The notes under the pieces are model-generated. The model was not told the origin of the DNA and did not search any database. It saw only the letters and a list, made by a program, of their open reading frames with translations. Positions 28,435-38,462 of a stretch of DNA of 64,000 nt are shown one piece after another (position 1 is the stretch's first letter; the number at the start of each line of letters is the position of its first letter). Position numbers and translations under genes: made by a program. Source of the DNA: Planctomycetota bacterium (GTDB lineage Bacteria; Planctomycetota; UBA1135); assembly GCA_045047305.1 (NCBI GenBank), contig JASFYO010000003.1, forward strand, positions 96,073 to 160,072, given 5' to 3'.

Positions 28435-29484
28435 ATGAATGCAATTACACATCTTTTAGCTGGTGCCGCTTTAACGCTAGTCGTTTCTAGCCCGGCAACA
28501 GCGCAAGTCTCTGGTACCATGCCAAGCTTTGAAGGCGCTACCTGGTACAACACACCAGCACTCTCGATGGAGGATATGGAAGGCCGGGCCGTGATGGTCG
28601 AGGTTTTCCGTACTTGGTGAGGCCCTTGTAAGAGCCAGATCCCGCACCTGAACTCCGAATGGGAGAAAGGGAATGCAAAGGGACTGGTTGTCATCAGCGT
28701 GACTGATGAACCTGCCGAACTGGTGGAGCAATGGATTGCCGATCTTGGCGTGACCCACCCCGTAGTCATCTTGCCGGACAAAGCTCTGGAGAATGTCATC
28801 GGAGTCGATGGTTTTCCAACGTCTGCTGTTTTCTTGAATAAGGAAATGGTGTGGAAAGGGTATCCCGGTGCTGCCGGACCAGAACTGGAAGCCGCGCATA
28901 AGGAAGGGCGTCAAGATAGCGTCTACCCCAAGAAACTGAGCAAGGTAGTCAAGTTTTGGAATAAGGGCGACAAGGTGAAAGCTTTGCTGGACCTTTACAA
29001 AACGATGCCGAAATTGGAAGGCAACGATTTAGCTTGGGCTGGTCGTATGGACACTTTTATGAAAAATGAAAGTGCCAAGGCCTTCGAAGCTTCTGCCAAG
29101 GCCTTCGAAGCAGGATTTTGGTTCCAGGGTGTACAACTCGCGCAGCCTTATCTGGGTAAAGGTTCGGAGTATCCTCGTGTCGCTGAAACCGTGAGCCACC
29201 TAGAAATGATGAAAGGGAGGCCAGGTTACGCCAAGGAAATCAAAGGCGGGTATCTGTACCAGCAGGCTAAGGCTCTGTCGGCCGCGGGTGAATACCTCGA
29301 TGCCTTCAAGACTTACAAGAAGGTCATGAAGAAGTCTTCCGATACTGCGATTGCCGGCCATGCTGAGACAGCTGCAAGGGAGCTCATGGATGGATATAAG
29401 CCTGGGTACAAGTCCACTTGTCCAAACTGTGATCATAAAACCGATGCTGCCTGTGCGAAGCATCGGGAGAAAGTGAAAATCTAG
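28435..29484 (+). CDS. Exported TlpA-like redoxin, probable selenoprotein (UxxC, TGA 28618-28620, residue 62), with helical C-terminal domain
   Basis: ORFs 28423-28620 and 28699-29484 share a frame; reading through gives WYN..GRAVMVEVFRTW-U-GPCKSQIPHL..GLVVISVTDE..GFPT; signal peptide (ATA/Q); GGAG RBS. Confidence 0.85.
29073..29111 (+). repeat. In-frame tandem duplication with 21-nt period (SAKAFEA x2)
   Basis: TGCCAAGGCCTTCGAAGC occurs at 29073-29090 and 29094-29111. Confidence 0.85.
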
Positions 29485-29582
29485 ACCTTGCACTTTCACT
29501 TGTTGTCGGTCTGTTACTTCCTGGCATGCGCGAAAGTGGTGCTAGGGGGTAACGATGTCATGGCCACTGCTCCAAACTGAAA

Positions 29583-30578
29583 ATGAGTAGCCGCAGTCCC
29601 CTGGCTTTGGATGTGCGTAGCCTGGAGCAGCCTTTTTCTTCTTATGCGCGCGTGATTCGATTGATGCGGGCAGCTTTAGAAACGGTGGCGCTACCGCATG
29701 TGGAGTGGCACTCCGGTGCTTGCCATGCCGATGTCCTGTGGACCCCGGGTCCAACCATCCCCGAGGTCGCGGATGACCCACGCTTGCTCATTACCATCCA
29801 AGACATCAACCCGATGCTGCCCGATGGACGGCCATGGTTCGCTCGTGCGCGTCGCACCCGTCGTTATCGTCGCTTAGTGCAGGGCATCGATCAGGTAGCT
29901 TGGCGTATCTCGGTTCCATCCGCTGCAACCGAATCCAAACTGAGGGAGCACTTTCCCAAGCTCCAATCTCCACTCGTTTCTATTCCGTGGTTTGCGTCGT
30001 CAGAATTTGGTTTGCATGGGGAGCCTGGTAGCGACAATTTGCCCGAACCTGGCTACCTTCTCTATGTTGGTGCACTGCGCCCGCATAAAAACTGGCCGCT
30101 GGTATTGCGTGCCTATGCCGGCTTGTCGGAAGAGCTCCAAAAGCAACACCCATTGGTGATGGTCGGGCGTGGGCATCGTTCCGGACGCGAGGCCAAGGCA
30201 CTTGCCGAACGCTTGGGCATCAGCGCAAGAGTGCGTTGGATGGAAGGTCTCGCCGATGAAGATTTACCGGCGCTTTATGGTGGCGCTGCACTCTTCCTCT
30301 TCCCATCCCTGCTGGAAGGATTTGGACTGCCGCCATTGGAAGCCCAAGCATGCGGAACTCCAGTGCTTGCCGCGGCAACATCCTCGCTCCCTGAGGTCCT
30401 TGGCACCTCCACGCGTCTGCTCGACCCAAACGCAGTGGATGCTTGGACTGCAGCAGCCACAGTACTGCTCCAAGATTCAAGCCTACGCGAGGCCGCGCGT
30501 AGCGCAGGCATCGCCAATGTCCAACGGTTCTCAGCGCAAGTCACTGGCGAGGCCTTAATCGCAGCGCTCGAGTCCTAA
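29583..30578 (+). CDS. Glycosyltransferase family 4
   Basis: LYVGALRPHKN and FPSLLEGFGLPPLEAQACGTPV..SSLPEV. Confidence 0.9.
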   Translation: MSSRSPLALDVRSLEQPFSSYARVIRLMRAALETVALPHVEWHSGACHADVLWTPGPTIPEVADDPRLLITIQDINPMLPDGRPWFARARRTRRYRRLVQGIDQVAWRISVPSAATESKLREHFPKLQSPLVSIPWFASSEFGLHGEPGSDNLPEPGYLLYVGALRPHKNWPLVLRAYAGLSEELQKQHPLVMVGRGHRSGREAKALAERLGISARVRWMEGLADEDLPALYGGAALFLFPSLLEGFGLPPLEAQACGTPVLAAATSSLPEVLGTSTRLLDPNAVDAWTAAATVLLQDSSLREAARSAGIANVQRFSAQVTGEALIAALES

Positions 30579-32260
30579 AGGCTCAGCTTGCGGTACTTGC
30601 CCGCCTGCGAGTCGGCACTCTTGCCTTCTGCTTCCATGCGCTCGACAAACCATTCTGCGTACTCGGTGTAGTTGCCGTAGAAGAACTCGACATCGCCTTT
30701 GCCCTCGAAGGCGAGGATGTGCGTGCAAATGCGGTCGAGGAAATAACGGTCGTGAGACACAATCAGCATACAACCGGCATAGTGCTCAATCGCCTCCTCT
30801 AACACTCGCGTGGTGGGGAGGTCCAAGTCATTGGTCGGCTCGTCGAGGATAATCAGGTTACCGCCGACGCGCAGCATCTTCGCCAGCTGCACACGGTTGC
30901 GCTGACCACCAGAAAGCGTGCCAACCTTTTGTTCTTGGTCGGTGCCCTTAAAGTTAAACCGCGAAACATAAGCGCGCGATTGAATTTCACCGCTGCCGAA
31001 GGGGAGGAACTCTAAGCCGTCGGTAATTTCTTCGAACACGGAGTTCTGATCGCTTAATTCCGCACGACGTTGGTCGACGAAACAAGCTTCGATGGTGGAG
31101 CCGAACTTGACGCTACCGGCATCTGGCTGTTCTTCGCCAATGATCATCTTCATTAACGTAGTCTTGCCGGCACCGTTGGGCCCAATGACCCCAATGATGG
31201 CTCCTGGAGGCATTTCAAAGGTCAGATCCTTAATCAAGATCTGATCGCCGTAAGCCTTCTTCACGTGGACCAGGTCGATCACCTTATTTCCCAAGCGCGG
31301 GCCGGTCGGAATCACCAAATCAATGCTGTCCGGCTTCAAGTCCTTTTGGCTTTCGACCAACTGGTCATAGCGGTTGATGCGTGCCTTGTTCTTATTACCA
31401 CGGGCCTTGGAGTTTTGGCGTACCCAGTTGAGCTCGGCTTTCAAACGCTTCTTGCGCTTTTCCTGCTGCCGTCCGCTAATCTCCAGCTCCTTCTCCTTCG
31501 CTTCCAAGAAGTTGGTGTAGTTACCCTTGTAGGGACGACAACTTCCGCGCTCCACTTCGAGCATCCATTCGACCACGTTATCCAAGAAGTACCGGTCGTG
31601 GGTGATCACGATTACCAAGCCTGCGTAATCTGCGAGGTGCCGCTCGAGCCATGCCGTAGTCGCTGCATCTAAGTGGTTGGTTGGCTCGTCTAAAAGGAGA
31701 ATGTCTGGAGTTTCAATCAGAGTTTTACACAAGGCCACGCGCCGTGCTTCCCCACCACTCAAAACACCACATGCCCGGTCCATCGGAGGCAGGTCTAGTG
31801 CAGCGGCAGCTTTCTCTAGTAAGCGGTCGACTTCCCACATGTTGTTGGCATCGATCTCGGACTGCAGGTGGTCGAATTCATCGGATAACTTTTGCAGTTG
31901 GTCGCCAGTGGCATCGCCCATCAGGACACAAATCTCGTTGTAGCGATCGGTGATGGCGTGAATGTGTGCGACCGAATCATCGAGCGCGTCCTTCACCGTT
32001 TTGTCTGGATCTAGACTTGGTTCCTGCGACACATATCCAATGGTACGCCCAGACATCTGAATGCGGTTGCCTTCAAAATCATCATCGGCACCAGCCAAAA
32101 TTCGCAGTAAAGTGGACTTGCCGGAACCGTTTGCGCCAATCACACCAATCTTTGCTCCTGCAAAGAAGGAAAGGGTGACATCTTTGAGGACCTGAGTGCG
32201 GTCATAGAACTTGTTCAGCCCGATGACTTGTAGCGCGTATTCGTTTTGGTTTTCGGCCAT
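30575..32260 (-). CDS. ettA: Energy-dependent translational throttle protein (ABC-F)
   Basis: Two ABC domains; GAKIGVIGANGSGKST, LSGGE, DEPTNHLD, GPRLGNKV and LSGGQRNR. Confidence 0.9.
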   Translation of the reverse strand: MAENQNEYALQVIGLNKFYDRTQVLKDVTLSFFAGAKIGVIGANGSGKSTLLRILAGADDDFEGNRIQMSGRTIGYVSQEPSLDPDKTVKDALDDSVAHIHAITDRYNEICVLMGDATGDQLQKLSDEFDHLQSEIDANNMWEVDRLLEKAAAALDLPPMDRACGVLSGGEARRVALCKTLIETPDILLLDEPTNHLDAATTAWLERHLADYAGLVIVITHDRYFLDNVVEWMLEVERGSCRPYKGNYTNFLEAKEKELEISGRQQEKRKKRLKAELNWVRQNSKARGNKNKARINRYDQLVESQKDLKPDSIDLVIPTGPRLGNKVIDLVHVKKAYGDQILIKDLTFEMPPGAIIGVIGPNGAGKTTLMKMIIGEEQPDAGSVKFGSTIEACFVDQRRAELSDQNSVFEEITDGLEFLPFGSGEIQSRAYVSRFNFKGTDQEQKVGTLSGGQRNRVQLAKMLRVGGNLIILDEPTNDLDLPTTRVLEEAIEHYAGCMLIVSHDRYFLDRICTHILAFEGKGDVEFFYGNYTEYAEWFVERMEAEGKSADSQAGKYRKLSL

Positions 32261-32293
32261 GATGGACCGCGCATTGTAGCAAGCAAACGCGGA

Positions 32294-32725
32294 TTAGTCG
32301 TCCAGCACAGCTGCTTCCGTCGCTTCCATCTGCGCGCGAATCGAAGCTGCAGGCACGATTGGCGTTTCGACATCGCTGCCCGGGCAGAAATCCAAGACCT
32401 GTTTTTGATAGGCGTCCTTCGATTCCAGCAACTCCTCCCAAAAGGGCCAGGTCCGGCATTGCACCGGTTTCGACTCGTGCACGGTGCAAATGGCTTCTTC
32501 CAAGAATATGCAGTGACCCTCAACAAACTTCAGGAGGCGGTGACCATCCTCATCTAGTCGGGTATAAAGACGGTTGAACTCGGCCAGCTCGATATCGAGG
32601 AAATCGGCCATCTTCTGTCGTTCGGCATAATTCACGTATACATGCGCAACCTCACCGCGTCCATGGCAACACTTACCGCATTGCGTGCACGAAAAGGCCA
32701 GACCGTCCTTCCACCATTCCTCCAT
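32294..32725 (-). CDS. YkgJ family Cys-cluster (Zn/Fe-chelating) protein
   Basis: FSCTQCGKCC..CIFL..CTVH..KPVQCRTWPFW..CPG. Confidence 0.88.
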   Translation of the reverse strand: MEEWWKDGLAFSCTQCGKCCHGRGEVAHVYVNYAERQKMADFLDIELAEFNRLYTRLDEDGHRLLKFVEGHCIFLEEAICTVHESKPVQCRTWPFWEELLESKDAYQKQVLDFCPGSDVETPIVPAASIRAQMEATEAAVLDD

Positions 32726-32731
32726 GGAGGT

Positions 32732-32741
32732 AGGGTATCCT
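32732..32741. promoter_or_regulatory. Bidirectional -10 element (TACCCT on -, TATCCT on +)
   Basis: AGGGTATCCT, 6 nt from ATG 32725(-) and 7 nt from ATG 32749(+). Confidence 0.7.
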
Positions 32742-32748
32742 AGAGCTG

Positions 32749-34662
32749 ATGAGGAATCCTCTGGAAATTCACCTTGAACGCGACAACCTGCAGCAGGTTA
32801 TCACCGTCGAAGGCGATTCGATCACGGTAGGCCGTGGTCAAGACTGCGAAGTGCGGATTGATGACCCACTCGCTTCACGTCATCACTGCCGTTTAGAGCG
32901 TTTAGGTAATGAGGTGTTTTTGGTGGATCTAGATTCGCGTAATGGCACTTGGATTGAGGGGGACCAGATCGATCGTCTGCCAATCTCAGCCTCCGACGTG
33001 ATCCGCGTCGGCAGCACCACATTGCGCATTGCAGGCGGCTTGGCGGACCGTTTGGCTTCCATGGAGTCCACCCAGACCCAACAAACTCCGCGCGAACAAG
33101 ACATGCTGCAGACTCTGCTTGCGGTGAGTCGTACATTAGAGCAAGAGGAACGCATAGAGCGTAGTGCGGCTTTATTGGTGGATGCTGCAGTCACCCTCAC
33201 GCGTGCCGAACGCGGCTTTTTATTCTTGCTGGAAGACGGCCGGCCTAGTCTCGCGTTGGCGCGCAACTTTGCACGGGAGCCAGTTCCAGCTCCAGAGACT
33301 AAATTCTCTCGCACGCTTTTGGAAAAGGCGCTAAAAACCAAGAAACCGATTCTATTGCAAGACGCGGCTTCGGATGGCGAGTTCGCAGGTGTGGAGAGTA
33401 TTTCTGATTTAGGATTACGTTCGGTTCTCGCGGTTCCTTTGCAATACCACGGTGCTGTCCTTGGTCTGCTTGCTGTCGATCACCGCTTGACTGCTGCGGC
33501 ATTCCAGGCCCACGATGCCGATTTATTGGGCGGCCTTGCTGGCTTAGCTTCGGCACATTTAGGCGCTGCGCATGAACGCGTAGCTATGGGCAAGTTGAAG
33601 CGCAAGAACACGCGGCTGCAACGGCAGCTAGGCAAGCGCACCCTTCCGGAAAAGGTAACGGATATAGAGACCGCCGGGGGACCAGGATTCGCTGGGTTAG
33701 TAGGAACCTCACCCGCAATGCAAAAGTTATATGGTGAAATGGAGCGTATCCTTGATAGCAATGCCTCGGTGGTGGTTGAAGGGGAGAGCGGCACTGGCAA
33801 GGAGTTAGTGGCTCGGGCTTTGCACTTTCACAGTCGCCTTGCCGACCGCGCCTTCGTGGTGGAAAATTGCGGGGCTCTACCCGACACGCTGTTGGAGTCG
33901 GAACTCTTTGGCCACGTTAAGGGTGCCTTCACCGGCGCTAACCGTGATCGCAAAGGCCGCTTTGAAGAGGCGGATGGAGGCACGATGTTCTTGGATGAGG
34001 TTGGCGAAATGTCGACCGCAATGCAGCAACGGCTTTTACGCGTATTGCAAGAAGGCGAGATTCGCCCGGTTGGGAGCAACGAAGTACGCCACGTGGATGT
34101 CCGCGTGATTGCTGCCACCAATGTGGATCTTCAAGCGAAGGTCAAGGAAGGTAAGTTTCGTGAGGACCTGTTTTATCGCTTGAAGGTAATTGGATTGCGC
34201 CTGCCACCATTGCGCGATCGCGCAGATGACGTCGTGCTGCTCGCCGAATATTTCCTGGGCATAGAAGCGGCCGATGCTGGAAAGGTAAGTCGTTTACTGG
34301 GAGAATCGGCTAAGAGTGGATTAGAGGCGTATCGCTGGCCCGGAAATGTGCGTGAGTTACGCAATGAAATGCGCCGCCTGACATTGCTCGGCGAGGGCGA
34401 AGTCTCCTTTGAAGAACTTTCGCCAGGCATCCAAGAGAACACTCAGAAAAACATTGGAGATCCTGGACCCGAGTTTCCTTTGCCCGACCGTGTGCGTGCC
34501 TTGGAAGTGAATGCGATTGAAGCTGCGATCGCTAAAGAGCCAGGAAACCGATCGCGCGCCGCGAAAGCCCTAGGAATCACACGGTTCGCACTTTTACGTA
34601 AAATCGAGAAGTATGGTCTCTTAGATAAGAGCGACCATGTCGAGGAGGATTCCGCTGACTAA
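32749..34662 (+). CDS. Sigma54-dependent activator with FHA-GAF-AAA+-Fis HTH domains
   Basis: FHA (VGR..SRHH..SRNGT), GAF, GESGTGKE, ESELFGH, GAFTGA, FREDLFYRL, WPGNVREL and C-terminal HTH. Confidence 0.93.
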   Translation: MRNPLEIHLERDNLQQVITVEGDSITVGRGQDCEVRIDDPLASRHHCRLERLGNEVFLVDLDSRNGTWIEGDQIDRLPISASDVIRVGSTTLRIAGGLADRLASMESTQTQQTPREQDMLQTLLAVSRTLEQEERIERSAALLVDAAVTLTRAERGFLFLLEDGRPSLALARNFAREPVPAPETKFSRTLLEKALKTKKPILLQDAASDGEFAGVESISDLGLRSVLAVPLQYHGAVLGLLAVDHRLTAAAFQAHDADLLGGLAGLASAHLGAAHERVAMGKLKRKNTRLQRQLGKRTLPEKVTDIETAGGPGFAGLVGTSPAMQKLYGEMERILDSNASVVVEGESGTGKELVARALHFHSRLADRAFVVENCGALPDTLLESELFGHVKGAFTGANRDRKGRFEEADGGTMFLDEVGEMSTAMQQRLLRVLQEGEIRPVGSNEVRHVDVRVIAATNVDLQAKVKEGKFREDLFYRLKVIGLRLPPLRDRADDVVLLAEYFLGIEAADAGKVSRLLGESAKSGLEAYRWPGNVRELRNEMRRLTLLGEGEVSFEELSPGIQENTQKNIGDPGPEFPLPDRVRALEVNAIEAAIAKEPGNRSRAAKALGITRFALLRKIEKYGLLDKSDHVEEDSAD

Positions 34663-37255
34663 ACGTGAATCGTTATCAGGTAGTGGTGAGTCTGCGCCAT
34701 TAGAGCCGCACCTTCCAAAAAACTTGCGTCATATTCGGCGCTTGGGTGAGTCTCCGTTGAGCTTGGTGTTTTTAGTCGAAGGTGACGATGGACGCCAATA
34801 TGCATTAAAGGTTTTGCGCCCAAGTGTGGCAAAAGATAAGCGCATCATGGAGCGTTGGCGTCGCGAAGGTAAGTTGCTGCAGGAGTTTTCGCACCCCAAT
34901 TTGGTACATAGTTTCGGCTCGCCAGAAGTGGAGGGCCGCCCATCGATTCTGCTTGAATATGTGGATGGTCTCTCTTTGCGCGATCGTTTGCGTGACGGGC
35001 CCTTAGGTTGGGAGCAGGCGGCGCGTTTTGGCGTTCAGATTGCACGGGCATTGCAATATCTGCATAAGCACGGCGCCATCCACCGTGATGTCAAGCCACA
35101 TAATGTGTTGATTGATACCCAACGGGGTGCCATCCTTGCTGATCTTGGCCTAGTGCGTCGCGAAGAAGATCCGACTATGACGCGTCAAGGTGCCGCCTTA
35201 GGGTCACCGGCCTATATGAGCCCGGAACAAGCACGGGATCCATCGCAAGTTGACGAGCAGGCAGATATCTACTCTCTAGGCGCCACCTTATTCCACACCC
35301 TTTCCGGCAAACCGCCCTTCCTCGGTTCCGGTGTCGGGGAAGTCATCCACCGTGTTCTGCATGAGGAACCAGAGGAGCTACCCGCAAGCGTGCCGCCTGC
35401 CTTTGCCAAAGTGGTGTTGACCGCGATGGCGAAAGATCCAGAGCGTCGTTATGCACGAGCCCGAGATTTCGGCTCCGATATGGGTAGGGTTTTACTCGGT
35501 TACGCACCGCGCTTGCTGACTCGCTACCGACGGCGCCGTCAATCACGCCTGCTTTCTCTGTCTGCTGTGGCGTTTGCCCTGCTCGGCTATATGCTTTGGT
35601 TGAAGCCATGGATGGGTGCAGCACAGACGGAGACGGCGAAAATGAGTCCATTCGTGCAGGAGGAAATCTCGCCGGCTGAATTGAAACCACCGTTGGCGAA
35701 CGTGCAAAACCCAAGCACCCAGTTACAGCCCAAAGTGGTGGCGACTGCTTTTTTTCGCGCATGGCATTTGCCTTATGATCAACGCTTCCAGGCCGCTTTG
35801 GGCGCTAGTCAATTCCGTGAAGCGCTTTCTGAATGCACGAGCATGCAAAATGCACGCGTACCCAAAGATGCGCCGATTGGCTTTTTGGAGTTAAGGCAAG
35901 CTTGGGTGCGCGATGCTCAGACACAGGTGGCTGCTGCAGCGGAAAGAACGGCGGGTCGGGCTTTTGATTTACTCGCTAACCAAATGGCATTCGCTGAAGA
36001 GGCCATCGCCCGTGGCACTTTCGATGGCGACGCCTGGTCTCTAGCTGTTTTGGATCTTTGGCGCCGCGCCGGTTTACGGATTGCGGATTTACCTTTGCAC
36101 CCTGGCGCTCCAGACCCAGTCGGACGCTTGCGCATGATGCAAGTGGTATTAGAAAGTACGGCAGAACAGTCGCGTATACGAGTTGCCCTCAGCACGGTGG
36201 TGGCGGTTCGTCTCAATACTGCACAACTGTTGCACGCGGGCTCCTTTGAGGAAGCGCGACGGCGTTGGGACCGAGTGGATCCGCTGGTGTTCTTGCACAG
36301 TGATGATGCGCGCGCCGATTTAGCTCGGATTGAAGAACTGCTTGCTCTTGAGCGACGCCTGCACTCGCGCTTTCGGGAAAAAGTTGGGCAGCATGTGGAA
36401 TTGCGGTTGAATTCTGGCGCCACCATGCAGGGGCGTTTGGTGGCGAAGGCGAGTGGGGCTGGATACGCGGTGGATTACCGGGGGCAAACCCAAGTCGATG
36501 TCGATTTACTCAGCCTGGATGCCCACTTCGCCGTGACCTGGCTGCTTGGGCGTGCGGAACCTTGGCTCGAGGCACAGATGCAGTGGTGCCAAGATACATT
36601 GACCAGCGCGATTGCCACCATGCGCCCGATTGCGGATGTTGATGTGGCGGCGGAATGGCGCCCGCAATATTGGCTGGCGCAATGGGAGGCGGAACGCGAG
36701 CTTGGCACCCTGCTTCATCATGGAGTTTCCCAAGAGAGTGGTGCTGGTGTGCCAAATGAAAGTGATAGCCTCATGCGCTCAATTCCACAGCGCCAGCTTA
36801 TGGATGTGCTTCAGGAGCGATTGCCTGAAGCCTCGTTAACCCAGGAAGGGTTGTCTGTAGTCCTGGATTTAGGGCAACTAGAGGTGCGCGGAGCCTGGAA
36901 CCTAGACTTGCGCCAGGAGTTGCGTGGCTGGGAATTGAGCTCTTGGCGTTTGGTTTGGCAACTAGAGCCTCATGAATCAGCGCCGACCCGATTAACTTGG
37001 TTAGACGATATCCAACTCAACAAAACCGGAAAAGCGCCACCGCAAATGGCTGTGGCCGGACGTCGGATTGCCGGATATGGCATAGCGCCAGGTTTTGGCA
37101 TTCAGGTTTTGGATTGGGATGGTGAACAACTTTTGTTGGACGGCATTGCCGTTTGTGTATGGCAGCCGCCTTCTTCCCGCATCGGCCGCTTTCTTTTGGA
37201 GTGCGCTGATGGCTTCGTGTTTGACCAAGTTAAGCTGCGTTTTTCGCCGCGTTAA
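34637..37255 (+). CDS. Hanks-type Ser/Thr protein kinase with TM segment and large C-terminal domain
   Basis: ALKVL, HPNLV, HRDVKPHN, DLG, GSPAYMSPEQ and DIYSLG; hydrophobic segment after RRRR. Confidence 0.9.
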   Translation: MSRRIPLTKRESLSGSGESAPLEPHLPKNLRHIRRLGESPLSLVFLVEGDDGRQYALKVLRPSVAKDKRIMERWRREGKLLQEFSHPNLVHSFGSPEVEGRPSILLEYVDGLSLRDRLRDGPLGWEQAARFGVQIARALQYLHKHGAIHRDVKPHNVLIDTQRGAILADLGLVRREEDPTMTRQGAALGSPAYMSPEQARDPSQVDEQADIYSLGATLFHTLSGKPPFLGSGVGEVIHRVLHEEPEELPASVPPAFAKVVLTAMAKDPERRYARARDFGSDMGRVLLGYAPRLLTRYRRRRQSRLLSLSAVAFALLGYMLWLKPWMGAAQTETAKMSPFVQEEISPAELKPPLANVQNPSTQLQPKVVATAFFRAWHLPYDQRFQAALGASQFREALSECTSMQNARVPKDAPIGFLELRQAWVRDAQTQVAAAAERTAGRAFDLLANQMAFAEEAIARGTFDGDAWSLAVLDLWRRAGLRIADLPLHPGAPDPVGRLRMMQVVLESTAEQSRIRVALSTVVAVRLNTAQLLHAGSFEEARRRWDRVDPLVFLHSDDARADLARIEELLALERRLHSRFREKVGQHVELRLNSGATMQGRLVAKASGAGYAVDYRGQTQVDVDLLSLDAHFAVTWLLGRAEPWLEAQMQWCQDTLTSAIATMRPIADVDVAAEWRPQYWLAQWEAERELGTLLHHGVSQESGAGVPNESDSLMRSIPQRQLMDVLQERLPEASLTQEGLSVVLDLGQLEVRGAWNLDLRQELRGWELSSWRLVWQLEPHESAPTRLTWLDDIQLNKTGKAPPQMAVAGRRIAGYGIAPGFGIQVLDWDGEQLLLDGIAVCVWQPPSSRIGRFLLECADGFVFDQVKLRFSPR

Positions 37256-38462
37256 GGTCGGTAGTGTGCGGCAAAGCCCTTGCCAGCAGTATGCCTGCCA
37301 GGCCAAGAACGGCTGCGAGAAGTATGAGCAATTCTTGCGGGCCTACGCCTAACTTGTGTAGAGATGGACGGCCAAGGGCTGCGAGGAAAATCAAAAGAAA
37401 GTCCAGCATCTGCCCGGTGCCGAGCACCGCGCCAATCCCTGCATGGGGCGGCAAAGTTTGCATCAAGCTGCGCAAGGGGATGAGGTAGAAACCAGAGAAA
37501 AAACTGGCGCCGCCAATGCACAAAAAAAGCGCCCAGGGTGTTGGCGTGACTAATCCGGCCGCAAGGAAACCAGCCCCCATGCCCCATGCTCCCAATACGG
37601 GGAGCAGGCGCGGGATGTTGCTGCGTAAACGTAATCCGGCGACGATGGCGCCAGCAGCCATAAAGATACTCAGGCCAGCCAAACCCAGAGACCAAGTTCC
37701 AGCACTTACTTGAACGGTGGCCTTGCCGTCGGCCTGGACAGCAAGGAATTCGTTCCAGGCTAAAAGCATGAGGCTTCCACAAAACCAAAACACCGCATGG
37801 CCCCAAAGCGCCGGCAGTAATCCTGGGTAGGACCGGGCTGACTTGAGGCCACCGACAAGGCGTCGGAACGGATCAAAGTGGATTTTTTTATGTGGGGCTG
37901 CAGCAGGTAAACGTCCCATGCGTTTTGCAACCAAGGCTCCAGCCACCGCAAGCGCTGCCATGAAGACGCCAAGCATCCAAAGAGCGTTGGAAGCCAGATG
38001 GCCGGCGCTCCCTGTGCCGCAAAGAATGCCGAGCAAGACAGAGGCTTGAAACCATCCGTTCGCACGCGGCAATTCATGGACCTCGGTTAGTTCTGGAAGG
38101 CTTCCGTATTTTGCTGGTCCAAGAAAGGCGGATTGCGTCCCCATGAGGAATACCACAAAGAGTATGAGGCTAAAGTTGCCACTTGCAAAAGCCGCAGCTG
38201 CAAAAAGCATGACGAAAACTTCGGCCCACTTGCACCACAGGATGACATCGCGTTTGGGGAAGCGATCCGCGCAATCACCGGCTACCACCGCGAATAAGAT
38301 AAACGGAAGCGAAAATAGCGCTTGAGCCATGGATTGGCTGCTTCCGTGGTCTCCTTGCAAGGTAATGGCGAGGAGGAGGACGGTTTGTTTGAATAGATTG
38401 TCGTTAAATACCGTTAGGAATTGGGTTAAGACCAGTTGGCGAAACGACCGCTGGTACTTCAT
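37230..38462 (-). CDS. MFS transporter (LplT/Aas-type)
   Basis: TQFLTVFNDNLFK, LPFILF..G..ADRFPK and QSAFLGPAKYG. Confidence 0.85.
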   Translation of the reverse strand: MKYQRSFRQLVLTQFLTVFNDNLFKQTVLLLAITLQGDHGSSQSMAQALFSLPFILFAVVAGDCADRFPKRDVILWCKWAEVFVMLFAAAAFASGNFSLILFVVFLMGTQSAFLGPAKYGSLPELTEVHELPRANGWFQASVLLGILCGTGSAGHLASNALWMLGVFMAALAVAGALVAKRMGRLPAAAPHKKIHFDPFRRLVGGLKSARSYPGLLPALWGHAVFWFCGSLMLLAWNEFLAVQADGKATVQVSAGTWSLGLAGLSIFMAAGAIVAGLRLRSNIPRLLPVLGAWGMGAGFLAAGLVTPTPWALFLCIGGASFFSGFYLIPLRSLMQTLPPHAGIGAVLGTGQMLDFLLIFLAALGRPSLHKLGVGPQELLILLAAVLGLAGILLARALPHTTDLNAAKNAA

